A stretch of 64,000 bases of DNA from an uncultured Anaerolineales bacterium (GTDB lineage: Bacteria > Chloroflexota > Anaerolineae > CG2-30-64-16). Shown piece by piece: positions 47,978-57,672 of the stretch (its first letter is position 1; each line of letters opens with the position of its first letter). The position numbers and the translations under genes were made by a program. Below the pieces are notes generated by a model. The model did not search any database. It worked only from the letters and a program-made list of their open reading frames with translations, and was not told the origin of the DNA. The stretch covers positions 4,090-68,089 of the forward strand of contig CAYRFV010000001.1 in assembly GCA_964423545.1 (NCBI GenBank), in the 5' to 3' direction.

Positions 47978-48115
47978 CAAGGTCGAGATTTGCCCCATCG
48001 AGTCGGCTTTGCTTCATATCCGGTTTTGCGAGTTCCGCGAAAGGTGGTGATAGAGCAGCACAGCCTTTCCTATACCACGTGACAAGTGCACCACTTTCAG
48101 TAAGGAGGAGTGTCC

Positions 48116-49426
48116 ATGGTCACCCATCGCATCTGGGGCGTAATCGCCCTCCTCGTCGTTCTTTCGCTGATCGTCGGCGCCTGTGCGCCGGCCCCGGCTC
48201 CGGCCCCGGCTGCCCCGGCAGCCAAAGCTGAGCCGACCAAAGCCCCTGCGGCTCCTGCGGCGACGGCAGCGCCCGCCGCGAAAGCTGAGCCGACCAAGGC
48301 GCCCGAAAAAGCTGCGCTGCAGATTCCGGATGTGCAACCCGGCAAGTTCAATGTGGCGATGGTTCTGATCGGCCCGCATGATGACGGCGGATGGAGCCAG
48401 GCTCACTACGAGGGGCTGGAGTACATCAAGAAGAACATGCCGGACGCGAACATCGCTTATGTTGAGAACGTGCCTGAGGGCGCCGACTCGGAGCAGGTGT
48501 TCCGGAGCCTGGCCCGCAAAGGCTTCAACCTGATCTTCGGCACCTCCTTCGGCTTCATGGACCCGATGGAAACGGTTGCCAACGAGTTCCCGAAGGCCAC
48601 CTTCATTCATATCAGTGGGTTCAAGTCGAACGGCAAGAACTTCGGCAACTTGTTCGGCGCGATGGAGAACATGAAGTACCTGGCGGGCATGATCGCAGGC
48701 GCGCGCGCGAAGAAAGACGGCAATCCGAAGCTGGGCTACATGGCGACGTTCCCCATCCCCGAGGAGCTGCGCCTGGGCAACGCCATCGCACTGGGCATGA
48801 AGAAGACCTGTCCGGAATGTACGATGGATGTGCGCTGGATCAACACCTGGCACGATCCTGTCCTTGAGAAGCAGGCGGCGGAGTCGCTGTTTGACGCAGG
48901 CGCGCAGGTGGTCTTCACCGGTGCGGATACGCCTGCCGTGGCGGATGTGGCGCAGGCTAAGGGGAAATGGGGCATCACGTACGACTGGGTTGGCTCCTGC
49001 AAGGTTGACCGCTGCCTGACTGCACCGTATTGGAACTGGGGCCCGGTCTACGCAGATATCGCCAAGAAGGTGAAGGACGGCTCCTACAAGCCGGGTTGGG
49101 AGTACTTCGATTCTGACAGCGGCGCGTTGGGTCTCTTCGGACTGATGGAAGGCCAGCAGCCGACAAAGGGCATGCAAGACCTGCCGGCCGATGTCATGCA
49201 GCAAGTGAAAGACACGTTGGCCAAGATGAACAAGGGCCAGCTCACGCGGTTCGATGTCTTCGCCGGCGAGATCAAGGACAACAAGGGGAAGATCGTTGTG
49301 CCCAAGGGCGAGAAGATGGTTCAGGCCGATCTCGACCAGTTCCCGCCCGGCGCCGAAGGCCTGAAGTGCAAGTACTGCATGTACTGGTGGGCGGAGGGCA
49401 TCACCGCCGAGCTGCCGAAACAGTAA
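48116..49426 (+). CDS. BMP-family ABC transporter substrate-binding lipoprotein
   Basis: ATG 48116 follows AAGGAGGA. Lipobox LIVGAC, a 44-aa P/A/K-rich linker, then a BMP-like core (FNVAMVLIGPHDDGGWSQAHYEGL). Confidence 0.85.
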   Translation: MVTHRIWGVIALLVVLSLIVGACAPAPAPAPAAPAAKAEPTKAPAAPAATAAPAAKAEPTKAPEKAALQIPDVQPGKFNVAMVLIGPHDDGGWSQAHYEGLEYIKKNMPDANIAYVENVPEGADSEQVFRSLARKGFNLIFGTSFGFMDPMETVANEFPKATFIHISGFKSNGKNFGNLFGAMENMKYLAGMIAGARAKKDGNPKLGYMATFPIPEELRLGNAIALGMKKTCPECTMDVRWINTWHDPVLEKQAAESLFDAGAQVVFTGADTPAVADVAQAKGKWGITYDWVGSCKVDRCLTAPYWNWGPVYADIAKKVKDGSYKPGWEYFDSDSGALGLFGLMEGQQPTKGMQDLPADVMQQVKDTLAKMNKGQLTRFDVFAGEIKDNKGKIVVPKGEKMVQADLDQFPPGAEGLKCKYCMYWWAEGITAELPKQ

Positions 49427-49440
49427 GCCGGTGGATGAGC

Positions 49441-49471
49441 GCTGGTAGACTGGGTGAACCAGTCTACCAGC
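49441..49471 (+). terminator. intercistronic stem-loop after the SBP gene
   Basis: 13-bp perfect stem GCTGGTAGACTGG (49441-49453) / CCAGTCTACCAGC (49459-49471) with a 5-nt loop. There is no U-tract. Confidence 0.6.
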
Positions 49472-49502
49472 TGTGCCGCTTCAGCATCCCCATGAGGTCC
49501 CC

Positions 49503-51038
49503 ATGCCCGAACCCGTCAACGCCGTTGAAATGCGGGGCATCGTCAAGCGGTTCCCTGGCATCCTCGCCAACGACCATGTGGACTTCGATCTGAAGCAGGG
49601 TGAGGTGCACGCTTTGCTCGGAGAGAATGGCGCCGGCAAGAGCACCTTGATGAACGTCCTGGCGGGTCTCTACAAACAGGACGAGGGCACCATCACGGTG
49701 AACAGCAAGCGCGTCAGCTTCAATTCCCCGCGCGACGCGATTGCGGCCGGGCTCGGCATGGTGCACCAACACTTCATGTTGGTCCCGTCTCAGACAGTCA
49801 CCGAGAACATCGTTCTTGGTCTCGACGCACCGCGTTTCATGCTGCGCCTGCCCGAATTGGATCGCCAGGTACTGGAGCTTCAGGCGCGCTACGGTCTCAA
49901 AGTAGATCCCAAAGCAAGAATCTGGCAGCTCTCCGTCGGCGAACAGCAGCGCGTCGAGATTCTGAAGATGCTGTATCGTGGGGCGCGCGTCCTGATCATG
50001 GATGAGCCGACGGCCGTCCTGACGCCGCAGGAAGTGGATGATCTCTTCGTCACGCTTCGCGGCATGGTCGCAAGCGGACACTCCATCGTCTTCATCAGTC
50101 ACAAGCTCGACGAGGTGCTTGCAATCGCCAACCGGATCACCGTGCTGCAGCGTGGCCGCGTCACGGCTGCCGGGCTCCCGGCGCAGTCGGTGAGCAAGCG
50201 CGAGTTGGCGCAGCTGATGGTCGGGCGTGAGATCGTCTTCGCGCTCCAGAAGCCGCCCGGCCAACCTGGCGTTGTGGTGCTCGATCTGCACGATATCTGT
50301 GCGGACAACGACCGCGGGTTGCCAGCGCTGCGCGGCCTGGGGTTGCAGGTGCGCGCCGGCGAGATCGTCGGGATGGCAGGCGTGGCCGGCAACGGTCAGA
50401 GCGAGCTGGCGCAGGTGATCACCGGCCTGCGCAAGGTCACGCGCGGACAGGTGCTGATCAACGGGGAAAGCGTCGCCAATCGGCCGCCCGCCACGGCGAT
50501 CGCGCGCCGCGTCGCCCACGTACCGGAGGACCGCACCGGGGTTGGCAGTGCGCCCGGTCTCAGCATCGCTGACAACCTGATCATGAAGAACTACCGGTCA
50601 GCGCCGATCACCAATGGGTGGGTGCTGAACCGGCCGGTGATTGCCCAGCACGCGGAGTCGCTGAAGAAGGCCTACGACATCGCTGCGCCGTCGATCGAGG
50701 TGCAGGCGCGTCTGCTCTCAGGCGGCAACCTGCAGAAGGCGATCCTTGCACGCGAGATATCGGCCGGCCCCAGGCTGATCGTGGCGGTGCAACCGACGCG
50801 CGGACTCGATGTGGGTGCCATCGAGGCGGTGCATCGAGTGCTGCTCGATGAGCGCGCTCGCGGCACGGCGATTCTGCTCATCTCAGAAGAGCTTGACGAG
50901 CTTGTGTCGCTCTCCGACCGCATCGTCGGCATCTACGAGGGCGAGATCATGGGCGAGCTGCGGGCCGAAGCCGCAACGCTGGAGCAGATCGGCTTGATGA
51001 TGGCGGGGCAGCGCCTGGATGCGACGGCGAAAGGATGA
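49503..51038 (+). CDS. ABC transporter ATP-binding protein, duplicated ATPase (BMP/sugar-type)
   Basis: ATG 49503. Contains GENGAGKSTLM, LSVGEQQRVEILKML and LSGGNLQKAILAREI. Paralogous to 12759-14330. Confidence 0.85.
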   Translation: MPEPVNAVEMRGIVKRFPGILANDHVDFDLKQGEVHALLGENGAGKSTLMNVLAGLYKQDEGTITVNSKRVSFNSPRDAIAAGLGMVHQHFMLVPSQTVTENIVLGLDAPRFMLRLPELDRQVLELQARYGLKVDPKARIWQLSVGEQQRVEILKMLYRGARVLIMDEPTAVLTPQEVDDLFVTLRGMVASGHSIVFISHKLDEVLAIANRITVLQRGRVTAAGLPAQSVSKRELAQLMVGREIVFALQKPPGQPGVVVLDLHDICADNDRGLPALRGLGLQVRAGEIVGMAGVAGNGQSELAQVITGLRKVTRGQVLINGESVANRPPATAIARRVAHVPEDRTGVGSAPGLSIADNLIMKNYRSAPITNGWVLNRPVIAQHAESLKKAYDIAAPSIEVQARLLSGGNLQKAILAREISAGPRLIVAVQPTRGLDVGAIEAVHRVLLDERARGTAILLISEELDELVSLSDRIVGIYEGEIMGELRAEAATLEQIGLMMAGQRLDATAKG

Positions 51039-51044
51039 CAGACG

Positions 51045-52160
51045 ATGGCGGTGGATGAGACTGCGAGGGCTGGCCTCCGTTTGCCGTGGAGTGTGCGCAT
51101 CGAACCGCGCCTGCAAGCCCCGCGCTGGCTGCCGGCCGCGACCTCGGTGGGTGCGCTGGTGCTGGCCTTCATCATCGGAGGGGTCATCATCCAGTTGGCA
51201 GGCGGCGATCCGATTCGATCCTATCTCCACATCGCCAAGGCAGCGTTCGGCAGCGTCGGCGTGCTCAACGACACCCTGGTGAAGGCGACGCCACTGATCC
51301 TGGTGGGGTTGGCGTGTGCGCTGGCATTCCGCATGCGACTCTGGAACATCGGGGCCGAAGGGCAGTTCTTCCTGGGCGCATGGGGCGCCAGCGCCGTAGT
51401 GCTGATTCCACTGCTGCCGAAGACGACGCCAGCGCCGATCATGCTCCTGGCGATGGCGCTGGCTGGCTTCCTCTGCGGCGCTCTCTGGGCCTGGTTGCCC
51501 GGTTTTCTGAAAGCGCGGCTCAACGTCAACGAGGTCGTGACGACCCTGATGATGAACTACATCGCCGTATCATGGGTGTTGTACTGGGTGTTCGGCGCCT
51601 GGAGCGAGGGCGGCTTCCAGATGTCGCCGGTCTTCCCCAAGAACGCGTGGCTGCCGCGCTTGACCGATTACGCCGGACAGGTCGATGCCTTCGCCGGCCT
51701 CACGCTGCACTTCGGCTTCCTCTTCGGCCTGGCTGCGGCCGCCGTCATCTGGTTCATCATCAATCGCAGCCGATGGGGCTATGAAATCCGCCTGATCGGC
51801 GACAACCCACGCGCTGCGAATTATGCCGGCGTGAACATCGTGCGCAACACGGTCCTGGTGATGATGCTTTCGGGCGGCCTGGCCGGGCTGGCGGGCATGT
51901 CGGAGATCGCCGGGGTCGTCCACCGACTGCAGGGCGCCATCTCTCCCGGTTACGGTTTCACCGGCATCATCATCGCCTGGCTGGCAAAACTTAACCCGTT
52001 CGCCGTGGTCCTGGTATCCATCCTGTTCGGCGGCCTCATCCTCGCCGGACGTGAGATACAACCGTCCGGCGTCCCGCGCATGCTTCAAGGGATCATCTTG
52101 TTCTGCGTCATCGCCAGCGATGTCTTGCTGAGGTATCGCGTGCGGATCGTGCGGAGATAG
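51045..52160 (+). CDS. ABC transporter permease (BMP-system)
   Basis: 371-aa polytopic ORF. By eye it is a paralog of 16492-17619 (WNIGAEGQ motif shared). Confidence 0.85.
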   Translation: MAVDETARAGLRLPWSVRIEPRLQAPRWLPAATSVGALVLAFIIGGVIIQLAGGDPIRSYLHIAKAAFGSVGVLNDTLVKATPLILVGLACALAFRMRLWNIGAEGQFFLGAWGASAVVLIPLLPKTTPAPIMLLAMALAGFLCGALWAWLPGFLKARLNVNEVVTTLMMNYIAVSWVLYWVFGAWSEGGFQMSPVFPKNAWLPRLTDYAGQVDAFAGLTLHFGFLFGLAAAAVIWFIINRSRWGYEIRLIGDNPRAANYAGVNIVRNTVLVMMLSGGLAGLAGMSEIAGVVHRLQGAISPGYGFTGIIIAWLAKLNPFAVVLVSILFGGLILAGREIQPSGVPRMLQGIILFCVIASDVLLRYRVRIVRR

Positions 52161-52165
52161 CGCCC

Positions 52166-53137
52166 ATGCTCGACTGGACCATCATCCTCCAGGCCGGTGT
52201 GGCCACGGGGACCGTGCTCCTGTTCGCTGCCATCGGCGAACTCATGGCGGAGCGGTCGGGTGTACTGAACCTGGGCGTCGAAGGCATGATGTTGATTGGC
52301 GCTATGACGGCCTACAAGACCGCGGTCCTGTTGGGCCAGCCGTGGCTCGGCGTGCTCCTCGCCATGCTGGCCGCCGGCGGGTTGAGCCTCCTTCATGCGC
52401 TGGTGACGATCAGCTTCCAGGCCGATCAGGTGGTCAGCGGCCTGGCGACGAACTTCGTCGGCATCGGCCTTAGCCTGGTGCTGGGGGAAGGGTTGAGCAA
52501 GGCCGGGACGGTCGCGCTGTTGCCGTCCTACTCCGTCCCGATTCTTTCGGCCATCCCCCTGATTGGCCCGGTCTTCTTCACCAACCACAGCGTGCTGGTT
52601 TACGTTGGCTATCTCTTGACGCCGGCCATCTGGTTCTACATCAATCGCACGCGACCCGGACTTCATCTACGCGCCGTAGGCGAATACCCCGCTGCCGCCG
52701 ATGCACTGGGGATCAATGTCTTCAGGCAACGATACTTCTACGTGTTCTTCGGTGGCCTGATGGCGGGGCTTGCCGGTGCAACGACCAGTCTGGCGGTGTC
52801 ACCCGGATGGTTCAGCGAACTGACCACCGCGGGCCAGGGCTGGATCGCCATCGGCCTGGTGATCTTCGCGCAGTGGGATCCGTGGCGGGCGATGGCGGGT
52901 GCTTACATGTTCGGCGCTGTCCGCCGGCTCATCCTCGACCTGCAGGGGCCGCAGCTGCTGCTCGGGCTGGCCAATCCCTTCTACTACATGCCGAAGCTAG
53001 GCTTCTTCCTGCAGATGGTCCCCTACGCGCTCGTGATCCTGATCCTGGTGATTGGCTCGCGCGAGGCGATGAAGAAGCGCATCGGCGCCCCGGCTGCGTT
53101 GGGCCTGCCGTATGTGCGAGGCGAACGCGGCAGATAG
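52166..53137 (+). CDS. ABC transporter permease (BMP-system)
   Basis: 323-aa polytopic ORF, paralog of 15555-16487. Confidence 0.85.
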   Translation: MLDWTIILQAGVATGTVLLFAAIGELMAERSGVLNLGVEGMMLIGAMTAYKTAVLLGQPWLGVLLAMLAAGGLSLLHALVTISFQADQVVSGLATNFVGIGLSLVLGEGLSKAGTVALLPSYSVPILSAIPLIGPVFFTNHSVLVYVGYLLTPAIWFYINRTRPGLHLRAVGEYPAAADALGINVFRQRYFYVFFGGLMAGLAGATTSLAVSPGWFSELTTAGQGWIAIGLVIFAQWDPWRAMAGAYMFGAVRRLILDLQGPQLLLGLANPFYYMPKLGFFLQMVPYALVILILVIGSREAMKKRIGAPAALGLPYVRGERGR

Positions 53138-53202
53138 ATCAAGGGGAATGAGGGGAAACCGGGCGCAGGCGCCTGTGGCCGTTCAATGTCGGGCAGGGAT
53201 GC

Positions 53203-54036
53203 TCACCGGGAAGCCGCATCGACTTTCGCAAGCAACTCCCGCAGCACAGTTCGTTCCGTCTCGCTCAGATAGCTTGCATTCAAGCCATTGGCGCCCAAGA
53301 TCGCCTGCCCCAGCCGACTATCGGCCAGGGTGCGCAGGTCTTCCTCAAGGGGATCAAGGAGGCGATGGTCGCTGACGATGCGACCGTCGGACATGCGCAC
53401 GATGCGCTGCGTCGCCTGCGCCACCCGACGGTCGTGGGTCACGATCACGATGGTCGTGCCCTGGGTGCGATTGAGGTCGGCCAGGAGCGTCAGCACCTCC
53501 TCGCCGCTCTGCGTATCCAGGCTGCCGGTGGGCTCATCGGCCAGAATCAGGGCCGGGCCATTGGCCAGGGCGCGAGCGACGGCCACGCGCTGCCGTTGAC
53601 CGCCGGAGAGCTGGCTCGGCAGGGCGCCGCCTCGCTCGACCAGTCCGACCATCTCCAGCAGCTTCCGGGCCCGTTCGCGTCGTCTGCCCGGCGAGGCTTG
53701 GCCCTGCATCGGCACCTCAACGTTCTCCAACGCAGAGAGGGTGGGCAGCAGATTGTGGAGTTGGAAGACGAAGCCCACTGTCTTCGCTCGAAAGGCGTCC
53801 ACGTTTTTCAGTCGCGCCAGGTTCTCCCCCGCCACCCACACCTCACCGGAGGTCGGCTGATCGAGCGCACCCAACAGGTTCAGAAGCGTGCTTTTGCCGC
53901 AGCCGCTCGGTCCCATGACGGCCAGCAGCTCCCCGCGCAAGACGCCCAAGTTGACGCTGTCCAGGGCACGGACGGCTGCCTCGCCGGTTCCGTATACCTT
54001 GGAGAGGTTGACAGTGCGAATGAGTTGCTCGGACAT
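53203..54036 (-). CDS. MacB/LolD-type ABC transporter ATP-binding protein with ~55-aa C-terminal extension
   Basis: ATG 54036. Contains GPSGCGKSTLLN, LSGGQRQRVAVARAL and ILADEPTGSLD. It carries an extra tail after the NBD (HRLLDPLEEDLRTLADS...). Confidence 0.85.
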   Translation of the reverse strand: MSEQLIRTVNLSKVYGTGEAAVRALDSVNLGVLRGELLAVMGPSGCGKSTLLNLLGALDQPTSGEVWVAGENLARLKNVDAFRAKTVGFVFQLHNLLPTLSALENVEVPMQGQASPGRRRERARKLLEMVGLVERGGALPSQLSGGQRQRVAVARALANGPALILADEPTGSLDTQSGEEVLTLLADLNRTQGTTIVIVTHDRRVAQATQRIVRMSDGRIVSDHRLLDPLEEDLRTLADSRLGQAILGANGLNASYLSETERTVLRELLAKVDAASR

Positions 54037-54050
54037 GATCTGGCTCTCAT

Positions 54051-55352
54051 CTATCGGGTCTGGATGTTCACGAAGGCCGTCATCCCCCACCGCAGGCTCG
54101 GGTCAAGATCGGGCACCTCAACGACCACAGTGAAGTTCGTGCTGCCCTTCTCGGTGGTACTCATCGGCGCGATGCGCGTGATCCGGCCCTCGAAGGCGCG
54201 GCCCGGCAGCGCATCGAAGGTCACTTCGACGGGCATATTGAGCCGAAGTCGCGTCACATCTGTCTCACGCAGGTCGGTGGTCTCCACGCGCAGTCTGCCG
54301 GTGTCACCCAGCATCAGCACCGGCTGACCCGGCGAAGCCAACTCACCGGGACGCACGTTGATCGTGCCGACCTGTCCTGTGAACGGTGCAATGACCTGGG
54401 TCTGCTTGAGCTGGGCCTGCGCCTGGGAGAGCGCGGCCTGGGCTGATCGGATCCGCGCATCGGCCATCGCTTTGTCTTCGCCCGTTGCGCCGGCGCGCAG
54501 CCGATCGAGCGCAGCCTGAGCGCGCGCCACCTGAGCTTCAGCGGATTTGATGGCCGCTTCTGCTGGCGACGTCTGCGCACGTGCGACTTGCACCTGGGCC
54601 TTGGCGGCATTGATCTGAGCCTGGGCGACCGCAAGCTGCTCGCGCGTTGGGCCCTGGATGGCAATCTGGTATGCGGCCTTGGCCGCCTCATAGTCGGCCG
54701 TCGCCTGTTGGAGCGCCAACGACTCTGGACGCGCAGCGATCTCCGGGTCGCCGCGCACGCGATCATAGGAGCGCTGCGCCTGTTCCAACGCCAGGCGGGC
54801 GAGATCGATCTTGCGCTGCGCCTCCAGCCGTTCCGCCGGCGAAGGCCGGCTGGCGAGCTCGTTGTACTGCGCCTGGGCAATCGCCACCTGCGCCTCCGCA
54901 GCAGCTGCAGCTTCCTGGAGCTGCTTGAGGGTGGCCTGAGCCTGGGCGACGACGCCCTGGCCGGCGGAGATCTCGGCCTGCGCCTGCGCCAGCTCGCTCG
55001 GCGTGACGCCCGCCAACAACTTGCTACGAGCAGCCTCCGCCTCCGCGACGGCAGCCCTGGCAACCTCGACCTGGCTCTGAAGAATGCCGTTGTCCAGATC
55101 CGCCAGCACCACTCCGGCCTCCACCTTGTCTCCCTCGCTCACGTTCAATGTGCGCAACGTACCGCTGGCTGCGGGGCTGAGGCCGGCCCAGCGCGCAGGC
55201 AGCAACTTGCCCGAGGCCCAGATGACGTTTTCCTGTGCAGCCGGCTGGGCCGACTCGCCCTTCGTCGCGCCCGGAGCGGGCTTGCTTGCCGCGCCGCTGC
55301 AGCCGGTCAGAACCGCCATGAGAACCAGCAAGATCAAGAGTAGATGGCGCAT
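54051..55352 (-). CDS. HlyD/MacA-type periplasmic adaptor (membrane fusion) lipoprotein
   Basis: ATG 55352 follows GGGGGAG. Lipobox LTGC. Long A/Q-rich coiled coil and barrel-sandwich motifs (VIAPFTGQVGTINVRPGE). Confidence 0.8.
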   Translation of the reverse strand: MRHLLLILLVLMAVLTGCSGAASKPAPGATKGESAQPAAQENVIWASGKLLPARWAGLSPAASGTLRTLNVSEGDKVEAGVVLADLDNGILQSQVEVARAAVAEAEAARSKLLAGVTPSELAQAQAEISAGQGVVAQAQATLKQLQEAAAAAEAQVAIAQAQYNELASRPSPAERLEAQRKIDLARLALEQAQRSYDRVRGDPEIAARPESLALQQATADYEAAKAAYQIAIQGPTREQLAVAQAQINAAKAQVQVARAQTSPAEAAIKSAEAQVARAQAALDRLRAGATGEDKAMADARIRSAQAALSQAQAQLKQTQVIAPFTGQVGTINVRPGELASPGQPVLMLGDTGRLRVETTDLRETDVTRLRLNMPVEVTFDALPGRAFEGRITRIAPMSTTEKGSTNFTVVVEVPDLDPSLRWGMTAFVNIQTR

Positions 55353-55434
55353 GGCTCCCCCTTCCACAGATAGCATTCGATGACCGACACCCTGCCTGGT
55401 TGTGTTCGACGGCGGCCGCCTGGCGTCTGCCGCG

Positions 55435-57672
55435 TCACTCGTACCGCAGCGCCTCAACCGGCTGCAGCCTGCTTGCCCGCCATGCAGGATAGAAGCCAGC
55501 AACGATCCCAACACCCAATGCCACTGCGATGGCATCGACGAAGGTCCGTGAATCCCAGTCCGCCATGATCATGGCATCGGCAATCGGAATCTTGCTGATG
55601 CCCCACAGCATGGCGACTCCCAACGCCGAACCGAACACCCCTGCCACCAGGCACAGCCAGAGGCTTTCCTGCACGACCTGGCTGAGAATGCTTCGCTTGG
55701 GCCAGCCGAGAGCGCGGAGCGTGCCGATCTCGCGCGTTCGCTCATAGATGGACATCATCATGGTGTTCGCCACCACGATCCCGCCCACTAGCATCGCCAG
55801 GATGCCGATGACCGCAGCAAAGGCGTCCATCTGGGCTTTGGCGTCGCTGTCCTCGGCAAATTGGCTGCTCAGGCTCACCTGGGCGTCCGGGAATCGGCGT
55901 TCGAGAGCGGCGCGGACCGCACCGGCTTCGTCGGGATTCGCGACATCGACGAAAATGAAGCTGACTGAACGAGGCCGGTTCAGAAGGCGCTGCGCCTCGC
56001 GCAACGCCATCACGCTGCCGCCATCCTCGTAAGCGACACCGGTTTCATAAACACCGACGATCTTATAGCGATTGTCGTAGAGGGTGATCGTATCGCCGAT
56101 ACCCACCTTGTAGTTCTTGGCAGCCGTCTTGCCGATCATGATCTCATTCGGCCGCGTCAGCAGGCGACCCTCCACCAACCGGTAGTGAGCCATTGCAGCG
56201 CTGTTTGGGTCGATCCCGCCGAACAGAAAGAATGGCATATCAGCCGTCATCACGAAGCCCATGAGATAGGAGCTCACCGACCTGACACCCGGCATGGCCT
56301 GAATCTGACTGACCATGCGTTCGTCGAGGGTGCTCATGCTCATGTCAGCAACTTTCTTCTGCATCAGCGTGATGTGGCCAGCGCTGCCGCTGCCCGCCAG
56401 CATGTTGAGCTGGCCCAAGACGCCTTTGCTCATGCCACCCATCATCACCAACGTCGCCACTCCGATGCCGATGCCCGTCGCCGACAGGAGGGTGCGGGTG
56501 CGCCGTCGCCACAGGTTGCGAAACGCCTGGCCCCCGAACAGCAGGCGGGAACGCCGACGGCCATCGGCGCCGGTTCCGCCCTCGTAGCGCAGCGCCTCCA
56601 CCGGCTGCAGGCCCGCCGCATGCCACGCCGGGTAGACGCCGCCGATCAGCCCCAGGACCAGCGCAGTGAGCATGCCTTGGGCGAACAGATCGGGCGAGTA
56701 GATCCCCTCCATGAACGCGCCTACGCCCGGCGCGCGCTCGGCCAACTCGGTCAAACCGACGCCGATGGCGATACCGACCGCGCCGCCGACCAGGCTGAGC
56801 AGCACCGCCTCACCCATGATCATGCGCACGATCTGCCCGCGCCGCCAGCCAAGCGCCCGCAGCGTACCGATCTCGCGCGTGCGCTCCATCACGCTCATCA
56901 CCATCGCGTTCATCATGCCCAACCCGCCGACGATGATCGCGACCGCTGCGATGCCCCAGGCATAGCCTTGCATCAATCCCGTGTACTGCTCGGCAGCATT
57001 ATACTCGCTGGCGATGTTGACGGAGAGCACTTTGTCCAGTGACTCTATGCGGCGCTTGACCTGATCGATATCGACGTTCTTGCGCACGCCGACCTGAAAC
57101 AAGCTGACCTTGCGCGTCTTCTGGGCGATATCCTGTCCATCGGCCAATATCACGAGCCCGCCGGACTCCTCCATGCCCTGCCCCGTCTCGTAGATGCCGA
57201 CGATGTGGTACGGCACGCCATAGAGCCGCACCGTATCGTCCACTGCCTTCTTGAGCGATTCGGCAGCGCGTCGGCCCAAGGCGATCTGCTTCGGACCGGT
57301 CACGGGCTTGCCCTCCACGATCCGATAGTGGGTAGTCGCCATGCTCCCCGCCGGATAGCCGAAGATCAAGAAGAAAGGCATCTCATCGGTGGCGATCCAG
57401 GTGTAGACGCCGGGGTCCACCGTTTCGACCCCCGGCACCGCCGCCAGACGTTGCCCCATTTCCTCGTCAAGGGTGGAGAAAAGTGGGTCGAGTGCGTTGG
57501 CCTGGATGACGAGCAGGTCGCTGCTCATGCCGATCGCGGTGCCGTAGTTTTGGATCATCCCTTCAGCCATCGCGCCCAACGCCACCACGGCGGCCACGCC
57601 GATAGCAATGCCCAGTACGGTCAAGAAACTTCGGGTGGGTCGGCGCCACAGGTTCTTGAGAATCATCGCCAT
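55435..57672 (-). CDS. ABC transporter permease with duplicated FtsX/MacB-type modules
   Basis: ~745 aa. Two consecutive units, each with N-terminal LKNLWRRPTRS / FRNLWRRRTRT, an extracytoplasmic domain and the C-terminal ERTREIGTLRALGW...PVEALRYE FtsX motif. Confidence 0.8.
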   Translation of the reverse strand: MAMILKNLWRRPTRSFLTVLGIAIGVAAVVALGAMAEGMIQNYGTAIGMSSDLLVIQANALDPLFSTLDEEMGQRLAAVPGVETVDPGVYTWIATDEMPFFLIFGYPAGSMATTHYRIVEGKPVTGPKQIALGRRAAESLKKAVDDTVRLYGVPYHIVGIYETGQGMEESGGLVILADGQDIAQKTRKVSLFQVGVRKNVDIDQVKRRIESLDKVLSVNIASEYNAAEQYTGLMQGYAWGIAAVAIIVGGLGMMNAMVMSVMERTREIGTLRALGWRRGQIVRMIMGEAVLLSLVGGAVGIAIGVGLTELAERAPGVGAFMEGIYSPDLFAQGMLTALVLGLIGGVYPAWHAAGLQPVEALRYEGGTGADGRRRSRLLFGGQAFRNLWRRRTRTLLSATGIGIGVATLVMMGGMSKGVLGQLNMLAGSGSAGHITLMQKKVADMSMSTLDERMVSQIQAMPGVRSVSSYLMGFVMTADMPFFLFGGIDPNSAAMAHYRLVEGRLLTRPNEIMIGKTAAKNYKVGIGDTITLYDNRYKIVGVYETGVAYEDGGSVMALREAQRLLNRPRSVSFIFVDVANPDEAGAVRAALERRFPDAQVSLSSQFAEDSDAKAQMDAFAAVIGILAMLVGGIVVANTMMMSIYERTREIGTLRALGWPKRSILSQVVQESLWLCLVAGVFGSALGVAMLWGISKIPIADAMIMADWDSRTFVDAIAVALGVGIVAGFYPAWRASRLQPVEALRYE

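Noticed and set aside
47984-48115. Purine (guanine/adenine) riboswitch in the leader of the BMP importer next to ade
   Set aside because: A CTTCATAT string resembles the P1/J1-2 start. However, I could not find the conserved J2-3 (…TTTCTACC…) segment, the L2/L3 loops or a matching 3' P1 strand. This is kept only as a long-leader observation.
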